A stretch of 64,000 nt of DNA, taken from assembly GCA_965203175.1 (NCBI GenBank), contig OZ241867.1, positions 3,808,001 through 3,872,000 on the forward strand. The letters are read 5' to 3'. Positions 29,596 through 38,965 of the stretch are shown one piece after another. Every line of letters begins with the position of its first letter. Within the stretch, counting starts at the first letter, position 1. Made by a program: the position numbers and the translations under genes. The DNA comes from Candidatus Latescibacterota bacterium (GTDB lineage Bacteria; Latescibacterota; UBA2968; UBA8231). A model generated the notes under the pieces. It saw only the letters and a list, made by a program, of their open reading frames with translations, made no database searches and was not told the origin of the DNA.

Positions 29596-31650
29596 TCAAT
29601 AGGCTACGTATAGAGGGTGTGCCTGCAGGTCGTCGCCTAGGTCCCCGGCTACGGTTATGCCCAACAAGTACACGCCTGGGGGGACGAGTTGGCCACCAGC
29701 GGCTCGCCCGTCCCAAGTGAGGGCGTAACGACCGTTGCTGAGCGCCGTCTGCTGTAGGGTGTGTACCAGCCGACCCGACAAGTCGTATAGGCGCACCGCG
29801 ACGGCACCGGCCTTGGTCAGCGCCAAGATGTTATAGGCGATAGCGACTTGGTCGTTGATCCCATCGCCATTGGGCGTAAAGGGGTTGGGCGTCAGCTCGA
29901 GGGCATCAATCAGCCGTTCGCTGCGGATTACCGAAGGACTGAGCACCGTGGTGCCCGAGTGGGTGGGCTGGTCTTCGTCCCCCAAGGCGGCGCTATTGCC
30001 CGAAGTGGCGTTTTGAAACGAACCGGGTTCGCTCGACAGCGAGGCCTGCCCGCGAAATTCGGTGCTGAAGGCCAGCACGGACGCGCGAAACCTGATTTTC
30101 AGCAGGCTATCATCGGCTTGGATAGGCGGAAAGCGCACGCTGAAATGGTCCTCTGCAATGGCGTTGATGGCAAGCCCCGAACCGCCAGCCGTATCGCCTT
30201 GCGCAAAGGCGTGGGAGGCGACTAGCTGACCTTGGGCATCGAGAATTTCTACCTGTTCCACCTGTTCCACTCGAATGGGGGTAGTTATCGCAAAAGTATC
30301 GAATCCCAGTAGGTCCGGCGAATCCATGCGCATCCGCACGGCATAGGTAAAGGACGTAGAGGTTGAAGCCTCTACTTGGCGAGGGAAAATCTCGGCGACG
30401 AATTCGTCGGCCAGCGGTGGAGTCAGGTACGAAAGGGAGATGTGCTCAAGGCGGCGCGCCGATTGGATATCATTGCTCTGAGCGCTGACGCGGAACTGAA
30501 GGTAGTGCCGCGGCGAAGGGGAGATGATCGGGGTGCCTTGGGGGGACGTGCCCTCGTCGAGCGGATAGGGAGGGCTCCAAGGACTCCAGTTTTCCAGATC
30601 GTCCTTGATCGAGCCTTTGGACCACATGACGCCATTATCATCTACTAAGGGGAGTTGTTCGTACTCGTCTAGGCGCATGGGCTCGGTGGGATCGGCAATG
30701 GAAAAGGGGATCTCGGGGTCGGTGCGCTTGTCCGTGCGCTGGCGGTGAAAAACAAAAGGCGTGTCGTCATTGCCGCTGCGCGTGGAAATCAGCAGACTGG
30801 ACTGGGCTGAGTCTCCCACGGCTTTTTCCACCCAGCGAATGCGACCCCAAGCCGCAAGGCCTGGGGCGAAAATATCCGAGAAGTACGAAGCCGCCGGCAA
30901 AAAGCCAGTGCCGTAGATTTCGATCTCGTCTATTTCAAAGGGGATGGGCGTGGCCGAGCGCAGGCGGAAGGAGCGGATATAGCGGGGCGGATCGAATTCG
31001 ATGTCAACGACGGGCTTGGTGTTTTGGGCTTCCTCCACTATGGGCGAGCCCCATACGGGAAAACCATCGGCCGTGAGGTTGAGTCCGTCGTTGACAAACA
31101 GCTCAAACGCGCGCAAAAAGTCGTTCTGAAAGGCGGCCGTGGGCGCGGGGTGGACCGTATTGCGCGGGTAGAAGCGAAAGCGATTGACGCCGAAGCGGGC
31201 CCCTAAATCGCCGATGATGAGGGTGCCGCGCACGTCGCCACTTTTGCGCTCAAAGGCTTGAGTCTCACCGCCGGCTAGGTCGCTGAGAATTTCAGCGAGG
31301 GCCTCGGTGAGATCCTCGCGGGTGAAGTCCGCGGTGAAGCGCAGCACCGTGGGGGCGGCTATGGTGCCGCCGCGTTCGAGGGTGCCCGAAGCGATGTTTT
31401 CGCCCTCTTGCAGTTCCCGGGGCGCTAAGACTCGCTGGGAAAAGTCGATGAGTTCGCCTGGGGAGTTACCTATCAGCACTACGTTGGGATTGACCAAGCT
31501 GCGGTACTCTGGGTCCAACGTGCCGATAGCAGCACCGGTGCCATCCCAGTCGATAGGGGCGTCCAAGCCGACGCTGAGCGTATCCAAGGCCTCGACCGGG
31601 GCCGTGAGGACGAGGGCTGTTAGGCTGTGAGCAAGTAGGCTTCTCAACAT
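29596..31650 (-). CDS. Family B subtype B1: secreted discoidin-like + FlgD-Ig/CTD protein
   Basis: ATG at 31650 behind AGGAG/GGAG; signal peptide; DLGARFGVNRFRFYPRN, WSPWSPPY, SPSPRHYLQF, PNPFTPNGDGIND, ends YVAY. Confidence 0.75.
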   Translation of the reverse strand: MLRSLLAHSLTALVLTAPVEALDTLSVGLDAPIDWDGTGAAIGTLDPEYRSLVNPNVVLIGNSPGELIDFSQRVLAPRELQEGENIASGTLERGGTIAAPTVLRFTADFTREDLTEALAEILSDLAGGETQAFERKSGDVRGTLIIGDLGARFGVNRFRFYPRNTVHPAPTAAFQNDFLRAFELFVNDGLNLTADGFPVWGSPIVEEAQNTKPVVDIEFDPPRYIRSFRLRSATPIPFEIDEIEIYGTGFLPAASYFSDIFAPGLAAWGRIRWVEKAVGDSAQSSLLISTRSGNDDTPFVFHRQRTDKRTDPEIPFSIADPTEPMRLDEYEQLPLVDDNGVMWSKGSIKDDLENWSPWSPPYPLDEGTSPQGTPIISPSPRHYLQFRVSAQSNDIQSARRLEHISLSYLTPPLADEFVAEIFPRQVEASTSTSFTYAVRMRMDSPDLLGFDTFAITTPIRVEQVEQVEILDAQGQLVASHAFAQGDTAGGSGLAINAIAEDHFSVRFPPIQADDSLLKIRFRASVLAFSTEFRGQASLSSEPGSFQNATSGNSAALGDEDQPTHSGTTVLSPSVIRSERLIDALELTPNPFTPNGDGINDQVAIAYNILALTKAGAVAVRLYDLSGRLVHTLQQTALSNGRYALTWDGRAAGGQLVPPGVYLLGITVAGDLGDDLQAHPLYVAY

Positions 31651-31660
31651 GCTCCGGCTC

Positions 31661-33823
31661 CTAGTAGGCGACCGAAATGGTGCCGACTTGTTCTTCTGCA
31701 CCTTCATCGGTGTCTAGTCGAATGCGGTAGATATAGACCCCTGGGGACACTAGACGGCCGTCGGACCGGCGGCCATCCCAAGAATACTCTACTATTCCGG
31801 TTTTGGTCTGCGTGGTAGCCAAGGTCTGTACTTCGTGGCCCGAGAGGTCGTACAGGGACACTTGTAGGGGCCGGCGCACGACCACTTCGCGCACATCAAA
31901 AGACAGTTGCGCAATGTCGTTGACTTGGTCGTTGTTGGGGGTAAAAGGGTTGGGATGCACTCGCACATCCGTCAACAGCCGACCACCCACGCGGGTGCGC
32001 ACGGCTAACACGTCGCCACCGTAGCGGAAGGTGGCGTTGCCCGGCTGTACTTGTTGCTTAATGCGGTCGGGATCATCGCTGTTGTATACCCAGCCGGCAA
32101 ATTCAGTGCCGAAGCGCAGGACCGGCACTTGGAAGGCGACCTCCACCTGCTTGAAGCGATCAGTCTCCGGATCTGACAGCTTGCGGTCTAGCGACACGAT
32201 GAAGCGGTCGGTCAGCACTTGGGGAGGGAAGGCCGTTAGATCGACCTCTACGCCGCCGATTTTGACGTGATAGACGGTGTCAACTTGGGTATGGGTGCCG
32301 ATTTCGAGTCGGTCAAATCCCGTGTCGCCGGTCTGGAAATCCGGACGCACCACGTACGTGAAGCGCTGGGAGCGGGCGTCATCGACTTCGATCGGCCAGA
32401 TTTCGCCTAGTAGGGCGGAAGCCGACAGGGAGTGGGCTAGCTGAAACTGTAGTTCGTCGAGGCGAGGGGCCTCGGTTTCGGTGGCAAACAAGGTGATCTG
32501 CAACTGCATATAGCGCCGTGGGGAGGGCGACTGGAGAACCGTGCCGTCGGCCCAAGCAGCCGTCTCCTGAGCGTGGTCGCGCAAGCCGTCCTCAAAGTCG
32601 TAGGGAGGCGACCAAAAACTCCAGTGGTCGCGGTCGTATAGCGGGGGCTCGCGCTCGCGGACGGGCAGGCTGAAGTGTTCGTCAAAGCTAATTTCCTCGG
32701 CTTCGCCGGTAATGGCGTTGGGCTCCCAGTAGATGTGGGGATTGTGGTCGGTGCCCGTGCGGGTGCGGATTTCGACTTGGGTGCCGGGGGGACGCTGGCC
32801 ACTCCAGCGAATTTTGCCCCAGTTGATGGGTTGGCCAAAGTCGAGGATGTCGGTTATATAACGCGCTTTGCGCACAAAGCCTTGTCCGTAGATCTCTACT
32901 TCGGCGATTTCCCAGTCGCGCACCGGGTCCAAGGCGCGGATGGCGACCCAGCGGATGTGTTGCAGGGGGAAGCGAAAGTCGACCACCACATCGAGGTTTT
33001 CGCGCACGCTGCGCAGAATGCTATAGGCCGAATCGTTGCTCACCCGATAGCCACCGAGGCCGGCCGAGGAGAGGACTTTGTGCCAGCGCAATCCTTTGGG
33101 GACCGCGAAGGCATCGTCGGCGATGGGAGCGCTGTTGTCGGCGATGCCTATTTCGTACCACTCGAGAAAGTTGGCGGCAAAGCTCTCTTCGCCAAATGTG
33201 TCGGGATCGGGTTTGGGCTCGGCCATGGCGGCGATGATATGGGCGTCTTCGGTCTTGCTGAGCCGGGGATAGAAGCGGATGCGATTGATGGGCATTTCAG
33301 CGCCGAAATTGGTAATGGTATTGTTGCGGAAGCCACGCCCCACCCCCGGAGGTGCCCCTATGCGCTGGACGAAGATGCGGAACATGGCCGTGGTGCGGTC
33401 GCCGTCGTAGGCCCGCAGAGTACTGGGCAGAGTCATACCCATGAAGGCCGAATTCTCGCCTTGGGTGACGCGGATATTGCCGCCCAGATCGTGAAAGGGC
33501 ACTTGGCTCTGGCCGTTTTGGTCCCAACTGACGATGTGGGTCAGGTTCAAGTTGGGGTCAACCCAAGACGGAGTCATGGCTCCATCGGCGTAGTTGATCA
33601 GAGTATCGGCCCCAATCCACTGGGGGGACGTGCCCACTGACTCGGTTTGTATGACTTGGCCGTCGGTGCCGTACACGGTGTAGAAGCCGCCTTCTTCGCT
33701 CTCTAGCGCGAGGGGGATGGTCCAGGGGTTGCCGTCCTCTCCGCCCAGCGCGAATTCGGCCCGATCGCCCAGCACTGGAGTCGCCAGCGCAATGAGCAGC
33801 CATAACATCCCGTGTTTTCTCAT
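31661..33823 (-). CDS. Family B subtype B2: secreted discoidin-like + FlgD-Ig/CTD protein
   Basis: Signal peptide; INRIRFYPR, WEIAEVEIYGQG, ILDFGQP..WG, WSFWSPPY, SPSPRRYMQ, PNPFTPNNDQVND, ends SVAY. Confidence 0.75.
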   Translation of the reverse strand: MRKHGMLWLLIALATPVLGDRAEFALGGEDGNPWTIPLALESEEGGFYTVYGTDGQVIQTESVGTSPQWIGADTLINYADGAMTPSWVDPNLNLTHIVSWDQNGQSQVPFHDLGGNIRVTQGENSAFMGMTLPSTLRAYDGDRTTAMFRIFVQRIGAPPGVGRGFRNNTITNFGAEMPINRIRFYPRLSKTEDAHIIAAMAEPKPDPDTFGEESFAANFLEWYEIGIADNSAPIADDAFAVPKGLRWHKVLSSAGLGGYRVSNDSAYSILRSVRENLDVVVDFRFPLQHIRWVAIRALDPVRDWEIAEVEIYGQGFVRKARYITDILDFGQPINWGKIRWSGQRPPGTQVEIRTRTGTDHNPHIYWEPNAITGEAEEISFDEHFSLPVREREPPLYDRDHWSFWSPPYDFEDGLRDHAQETAAWADGTVLQSPSPRRYMQLQITLFATETEAPRLDELQFQLAHSLSASALLGEIWPIEVDDARSQRFTYVVRPDFQTGDTGFDRLEIGTHTQVDTVYHVKIGGVEVDLTAFPPQVLTDRFIVSLDRKLSDPETDRFKQVEVAFQVPVLRFGTEFAGWVYNSDDPDRIKQQVQPGNATFRYGGDVLAVRTRVGGRLLTDVRVHPNPFTPNNDQVNDIAQLSFDVREVVVRRPLQVSLYDLSGHEVQTLATTQTKTGIVEYSWDGRRSDGRLVSPGVYIYRIRLDTDEGAEEQVGTISVAY

Positions 33824-33861
33824 GCAGTTTCCCTATGGATGTATGCCTTTGGCGAAGAAAC

Positions 33862-33897
33862 AAAAAAAGCCCGTGTTCCAGCGTGGAACACGGGCTT
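33862..33897 (-). terminator. Rho-independent terminator downstream of the WGRIK-protein gene
   Basis: Inverted repeat AGCCCGTGTTCCA / TGGAACACGGGCT around a 3-nt loop, followed on the minus strand by a T run (A7 at 33862-33868 on plus). Confidence 0.88.
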
Positions 33898-33947
33898 CTG
33901 AGAGTTGCCCTTTAGCTGGATTGAAGCGATTCCAGCGGAGATACGAC

Positions 33948-34874
33948 CTACTTAAAGCGGGCCTTAATGCGGCCCCAGCTGTCGTCTTCGACCGCAGTAG
34001 AAGCGACAAAGGCCGGATCCGGTTCGGCTAGGAACCAATCGTTGACGGACGAGCAGCAATTATCAAAGGTGCTCCAGTAGCCGCAGCAACCGGGGGTGCG
34101 ATAGTTGTTGAAATCGCCGTCGTTGTCGATCTGGACGATGGAAATGTGGATGATCTGACCTTCTTCCAGATCCCATACTTCCAGATCGTCGGGCTGGTAT
34201 CCGCCCTCTTGGCCCTTGGGGTACGAGCCTACGGGCGTGAGACCCATTTCGTAGTAATAGGTGCTCTCGCCGAATTCGTCGCCATCCCAAGTGTAGTTAA
34301 ATTCGAGCCAATCAGTGCCGGGCCATAGCCACTCAGTGCCGGTCAACTCGCCCGGCCGCAACCAGAACCAGTCGCCGAGGGTTGGGTGGACGGGCACCGA
34401 GAAGTTGTAGCGGGTATTGATGCCGATGTTTTCGTCGTTGATGTCGACGTAGCCGCCGTCATCGGCATAGGCGTCGTGGTTATAGGTAAACGACACCTCC
34501 CACGAATCGTCCTCGCTCCAGTGGCTGGTGCGGTCCATGTTGTGCTCGTCGTCAAAGGTCTGGGTGGCCATATAGATCTTGTTGTCCGTCTCGTTCCAGC
34601 CGACCCGGTGCAACATGCTGAAGTCGGTGACGTCCCAGTCGGCGTTGCTCCAGCCTTCGGGCACTAGACCACGGGCGTCGTTGAAGACCGAGTTGTCGAT
34701 GCCATAGGAGGCGGGCACTCCGTCCCAGTCGCCGTGATTGCCGTCAATGGTGGGGGTAGCCCCGTCGGGAAACTGGACGACAAACCAAACCGTGCCGGCA
34801 TCCCAGTGCGCTTGGCCCGTATTGGGCAGGGCCGCCAAGGCGAGAACTGCAAAGAGAATAGCAATGCGCTTCAT
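33948..34874 (-). CDS. Secreted CBM9/DOMON-like protein with C-terminal TAVE..SWGRIK motif (308 aa)
   Basis: ATG at 34874 behind AAGGAGG (the ORF-track start at 35084 overlaps the neighbour); signal peptide MKRIAILFAVLALAALPNTGQA; PTIDG..GDW motif; ends STAVEDDSWGRIKARFK. Confidence 0.8.
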   Translation of the reverse strand: MKRIAILFAVLALAALPNTGQAHWDAGTVWFVVQFPDGATPTIDGNHGDWDGVPASYGIDNSVFNDARGLVPEGWSNADWDVTDFSMLHRVGWNETDNKIYMATQTFDDEHNMDRTSHWSEDDSWEVSFTYNHDAYADDGGYVDINDENIGINTRYNFSVPVHPTLGDWFWLRPGELTGTEWLWPGTDWLEFNYTWDGDEFGESTYYYEMGLTPVGSYPKGQEGGYQPDDLEVWDLEEGQIIHISIVQIDNDGDFNNYRTPGCCGYWSTFDNCCSSVNDWFLAEPDPAFVASTAVEDDSWGRIKARFK

Positions 34875-34941
34875 GAACCAACCTCCTTTGGATGAGTTCG
34901 ATGAAATAGACAGAAGAAGTGTCTCGTTCCTGCGAATTTTA

Positions 34942-34970
34942 ATAATACAGTGAATGCGCTCCAAGCTCAA
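34942..34970 (-). promoter_or_regulatory. Putative sigma70 promoter TTGAGC-N17-TATTAT for the WGRIK-protein gene
   Basis: Minus strand TTGAGC (34970-34965) and TATTAT (34947-34942), 17-nt spacer. Confidence 0.5.
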
Positions 34971-34992
34971 GCAAAAAGTGAGCAGGGTTCCG

Positions 34993-36933
34993 TTAGTAGT
35001 AGAGGGGGATGCGGTTGCCCACCATGCCGGTAAATGCGTCGATGACGAGCCAGACACCGCCGATAACGATGTGGCCCAAGGCAAGGCCCAAGAAAAACGG
35101 CAGGGTCTGGCGGTACAAACTCACGCCCCCGTATTTGAGCACCAAGCTCTTAAAGAGCCAAGCCAGAAAAAGAGTGAACCAAATCCCGTCCATTACCCGG
35201 CCGTGGCTCACCAAGAACCCGAGGGGATGGAAAGGCCACCACAGAAACTGATGCCGGGCCACAAGTAGCAGTCCCATAATCAGCCCTCCTCCGCCCATCC
35301 ACAAGTACCCGCTCAGGCTGGGACCGGTGGGATTAGTGATCTTTTCGAGGGCAAAGCGGGAGGGCTCTTCGGAGTAGTGTTGGGAAATGAGCAGGTTCAT
35401 CGAGCCGTAGCGGTAGGCGAGGTAAATGGTGAACCACGCCGACAGGACTAAGGCGATGACCATGGCCAATCCCACGGCCCATGTCAGGCGGCGCTGGCCG
35501 CTTTTCAGTTCGCTGCCGAGGCGCAGGCCGTGGGCCAAAGGAGCCATCATAAAGACCAACAGGTCGCCGCACCACACCATGGTGTAGCCGGTGGCGATCA
35601 TGCCCTTTACGCCCAAAGCTGGCACACCTACGCTGGACACGGCAAAGCCCGCCGGGATCATATTGGCCTTGAAGATCGGCAGCCCGGTTTCGGAAATGAC
35701 CCGGGCTAGGCCGATGAAGATGACCAAGCCAGCAAAGAGGAAAACCGGGACAATCCAAGGGGGGATGCCGGTCTGCCACAGCCAGAGCCACATGCCGGCA
35801 ATGCCACAAGCTGCGCCGCAGACAGCGGCCCGATAGGACATGATCTCGTCGCCGTCTTCTACCGGGGCGTCCCGGTGCCAAGCCTTTTGCAGGACCCGTT
35901 TGAAATGGGGCCGGCCTATCCATAGCCCCGAGAGGACCAAGACGATGAGGGCCCCCATCATCTGGTGCCCCATGCCCGGTTCGGTCCACCAGCCCAATTC
36001 GGCTTGGGTATCTTGCAAACCGTAGTAAAACAGCAGCCCCTCTTGCATCTGGTGCAGCAGATAAAAAAACCACAAGCTGAAGCCGATCTGAGTATTGATG
36101 AAATAACCAAAACCCAGCATGAGAAAATTGAGCCCAAAGGTCAGGAAAATACTCTGGCGAAATACATCGACGGAGGACCTGAGGACGACTTGGGGGAACC
36201 AAGGAAAGTAGTTGTGCAGAGCAAAAAAACTCATGAAGACCACTGGGATGGCAAAGCCGATCCACATGGCCCAACTGCGGAAGAAGGGCTTTAACAGCCG
36301 GCCTTGTGGATCGTCGGCCATCATGGCCAGCGGCACCTGCATAAGCGGGTAGATCAGGCGCTCGTGCTCGACCCACTGGCGGCGCAAAATGACGCTGAGG
36401 CAGGTCACGGCTAGATATAGGGAGCAGTAGAGCAGCAGCCAAGCGCCCAAAGGAGGAAGCCAATGTGCCCAAGGGATACCACTGCCGCGACTGGCTCCCT
36501 CGTAAAATTCTTTAACTGCTTCGGGGTTGGCTACTAAGATCCAGCTAGGTAGCCACGGATGAATTTGGCCGACCCAATCATTTTCCGGGGTAGCATAGTA
36601 GAAGGTGCCCGTAATCATGGGCATGAGCAGGCCGTTGACGCCTTTGGTGGGAATGGCAGCAGCCACCATCATCATGGTGAAGATAGTAATTAGCTCGCCC
36701 CGCTGGAGGGCCCAGCCGCGCCGACACCAGCCCAAGACTAGGTGAAGGGTCAGTAGCAGCACAAAAAACAGGAAAAACGCGATCGGGGTGGCCGAAGTCA
36801 GGGCCAGCGAAGTGCCTTGGATTAGCTGGCGTCCGTAGGGTGCGCCAATGGCAATGACGGCGCACAAGACGCAGCCGATGAAGATGCCGCGCCCGGTCAC
36901 GTGGGCAGAAAGAGGAGGTTGCGGACGCGACAT
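34993..36933 (-). CDS. DUF6785/DUF6784-like polytopic membrane protein (putative transporter), paralog 1 of 4
   Basis: YYATPEN.W, FYEG, LRRQWVEHERLIYPL, ARVISETG, YRYG, WWPFHPLGF, K..VLKYGG, PFFLGL. Confidence 0.75.
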   Translation of the reverse strand: MSRPQPPLSAHVTGRGIFIGCVLCAVIAIGAPYGRQLIQGTSLALTSATPIAFFLFFVLLLTLHLVLGWCRRGWALQRGELITIFTMMMVAAAIPTKGVNGLLMPMITGTFYYATPENDWVGQIHPWLPSWILVANPEAVKEFYEGASRGSGIPWAHWLPPLGAWLLLYCSLYLAVTCLSVILRRQWVEHERLIYPLMQVPLAMMADDPQGRLLKPFFRSWAMWIGFAIPVVFMSFFALHNYFPWFPQVVLRSSVDVFRQSIFLTFGLNFLMLGFGYFINTQIGFSLWFFYLLHQMQEGLLFYYGLQDTQAELGWWTEPGMGHQMMGALIVLVLSGLWIGRPHFKRVLQKAWHRDAPVEDGDEIMSYRAAVCGAACGIAGMWLWLWQTGIPPWIVPVFLFAGLVIFIGLARVISETGLPIFKANMIPAGFAVSSVGVPALGVKGMIATGYTMVWCGDLLVFMMAPLAHGLRLGSELKSGQRRLTWAVGLAMVIALVLSAWFTIYLAYRYGSMNLLISQHYSEEPSRFALEKITNPTGPSLSGYLWMGGGGLIMGLLLVARHQFLWWPFHPLGFLVSHGRVMDGIWFTLFLAWLFKSLVLKYGGVSLYRQTLPFFLGLALGHIVIGGVWLVIDAFTGMVGNRIPLYY

Positions 36934-37022
36934 GGGCTAGTTGGGATAGTGTGGAGGATGTTGGGCAATTCGCTGCGGATAGGCTACGGAGTTCTTTGCT
37001 AGATGCCAAATGCCGGGCGCAG

Positions 37023-38561
37023 TTACGGCTGGTGGAACTCTGGTTTTAACTCGTAAAAGTTGAGGTACTGCCCAGGGGCGAATTGGACCGAGCGGGGCCG
37101 GTAGCGCTCAAAAATCAGTTCGGTGGCGAACAGGTCCTGTTCCCGCGCCCAGATGTGGGGATTGTCGTAGGGAATAAAGGGCCGCTTGCGGGGGTCGCGG
37201 GGCTGCTCGGTCACATCGACATTGCCCAGCAGGAGGTACGTAGGTCGGCGTTGGAGGATGTACTGACCGTCGTGCTTTTCGTGGCCGGCCCAGCCCCGGC
37301 CTAGGCCCGACAGGTCGCGTCGGGCGATGTGCCGGTCGGTCAGGCCGAGCATATCGCGCACCTCGAGTTTGGAGTAATACGCCACTGCGCCAATGGGCAC
37401 GACGGCAATGCTAGCCCCTGCTGGCGCACTGGCGGCAAACCACTGGCCCACCCGGGTCCAGCGGGGAATTTCCACCTGTTGTTGAAATTGATATGCGCTG
37501 TAGTGCGACTTGAGGCGCGGCGGCGACCAGTGCGTATAGGCCCAAGTGCAGCCCAGCACTACCGCCAAGGCCACCCCGCTTTTGCGGGCTGCTAAAAAGG
37601 GCTGCACCAAGTCGGAGACACAGGCTGCGGCCAAGGCCGCAAACAGGGGCAGTGGGGCCAGCGCAAAGCGATACATAGGGAGGCCGTCCCCGCCCAGCCA
37701 CGCGACGGCCAGCCAGAAGAGCAACCAGCCGACGGCTACCAAGCGCATCCCGACCGTGCGGCGCAACAGGGCGAAAAGCGCCAGCCCGACCAACAGCAGC
37801 AAGCCCTCGTGATCGGCGGCGTAGTCGCGCAGATAGTCCAGCCCGCGCTGTATTTGGGCCCAGCCTCCCCCGGTTTTGGCGTAGTATGTATTGGGCAGCC
37901 AGTCCCCGTAGTACCAGCGGCGGAACCCCAAGAAAAGGGCGTACGGGCCACCGCCAACGAGGAGCCACGGCAGCCACGAGTGCCCCTCGCCCCGCTTGGC
38001 CCGCAAGAGTTGGTGGCAGCCTAAAACGAGTAAAACCAGCAGACCCTCCGGCCGGGCTAGGGTGGCGGCGGCAGTCAAACTAGCTGAGGTCCAGTAGCTC
38101 CCGGCCAAGGCGGTGGCAAAAGCAGCGGCAATCAAGCCGACAAAGAGCGCAGTCTCCATGCCCGAGGCGGCCCAACAGGCAAAAGAGCCGTTAAAGGCCA
38201 GCAAGGCCGGAGCGATCAAGGCGGTCAGCGGCTCAGCCCCGCACTGGCGAGCTAGCCAATAAGTGGTCGGGAGCGTCAGAATCGAACAGAACAAGCCGAG
38301 GGCACGGGCGGCTTCTAGCAGGTCGAAACCGCAGGCACCAAACCCGGCCAAAAGCAGGGTCCACAGCGGGCTAGTAAAGCCCTCGACGCGTTCTCCTGGG
38401 TTGAAAACCAGCCCGTGTCCGACGAGCAGATTGGCTGCGTAGCGCAAGCTGATAAAGGCGTCGTCGGAGACAAAATTGTAGCGCAGAACGTGGATGACAT
38501 GTAGCGCAATCAGCGCGACCAAAGCCCCAGCAATGAGGCGGTTGATAGGGGGCTGGAACAC
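37023..38561 (-). CDS. GT-C-type membrane glycosyltransferase (arabinofuranosyltransferase-like)
   Basis: DDAFISLRYA.NL..GHGLVFNPGERVEGFTSPLW, SGMET, RPEG, YYGDWLPNTYYAK, GGD...RF, DMLGLTD..IA, GHEK. Confidence 0.75.
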   Translation of the reverse strand: MFQPPINRLIAGALVALIALHVIHVLRYNFVSDDAFISLRYAANLLVGHGLVFNPGERVEGFTSPLWTLLLAGFGACGFDLLEAARALGLFCSILTLPTTYWLARQCGAEPLTALIAPALLAFNGSFACWAASGMETALFVGLIAAAFATALAGSYWTSASLTAAATLARPEGLLVLLVLGCHQLLRAKRGEGHSWLPWLLVGGGPYALFLGFRRWYYGDWLPNTYYAKTGGGWAQIQRGLDYLRDYAADHEGLLLLVGLALFALLRRTVGMRLVAVGWLLFWLAVAWLGGDGLPMYRFALAPLPLFAALAAACVSDLVQPFLAARKSGVALAVVLGCTWAYTHWSPPRLKSHYSAYQFQQQVEIPRWTRVGQWFAASAPAGASIAVVPIGAVAYYSKLEVRDMLGLTDRHIARRDLSGLGRGWAGHEKHDGQYILQRRPTYLLLGNVDVTEQPRDPRKRPFIPYDNPHIWAREQDLFATELIFERYRPRSVQFAPGQYLNFYELKPEFHQP

Positions 38562-38564
38562 GGT

Positions 38565-38960
38565 TTACTCCCAATGGGCAAATGGGTTGGCGCAGGGGAG
38601 TTCGTAGGGGTCGTAGTAGGCGCGGTAGCCGACGGTCTTCGCCTCGTTGGCTCCATGCCAAAAGAAATCGCTCGACAGCAAAAACTGCTGGCCGAGCCAC
38701 GCCTCAGCCTGAGTATCGCCGGCACTGGCCCGGCGCAAAAGCGCGTGCTGGTTTCGCGCTAGCAGGTCTTGCGCGAAGCGGGCCAAGCCGTCCTCGTCTA
38801 TCCGTAGGTAGGGTAACAGGCGGCGTACGGTCGCAGCGGTTTGCTCAGTCCAAGGGTCGTCGGGACGGCGCGGGCGGTAAAGCCACCGTCCTAGGCCGAT
38901 GCCCAGCGACAGGGCGGCTACTGCTCCCAAGAAGGTGCGGCGCTTGTTCCAGATCGCCAT
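38565..38960 (-). CDS. Small Tat-signal protein, probable partner of the GMC oxidoreductase
   Basis: ATG at 38960; twin-arginine KRRTFL plus hydrophobic stretch; FLLSSDFF...YYDPY...CANPF; directly downstream of the GMC gene. Confidence 0.65.
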   Translation of the reverse strand: MAIWNKRRTFLGAVAALSLGIGLGRWLYRPRRPDDPWTEQTAATVRRLLPYLRIDEDGLARFAQDLLARNQHALLRRASAGDTQAEAWLGQQFLLSSDFFWHGANEAKTVGYRAYYDPYELPCANPFAHWE

Positions 38961-38965
38961 AGTTC

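Noticed and set aside
34875-35084. ORF-track N-terminal extensions (35084; also 6645, 9296, 9916, 31707, 38993, 45597, 13043)
   Set aside because: Most overlap neighbouring genes, and the downstream starts have better RBS, signal peptides or family-typical N-termini.
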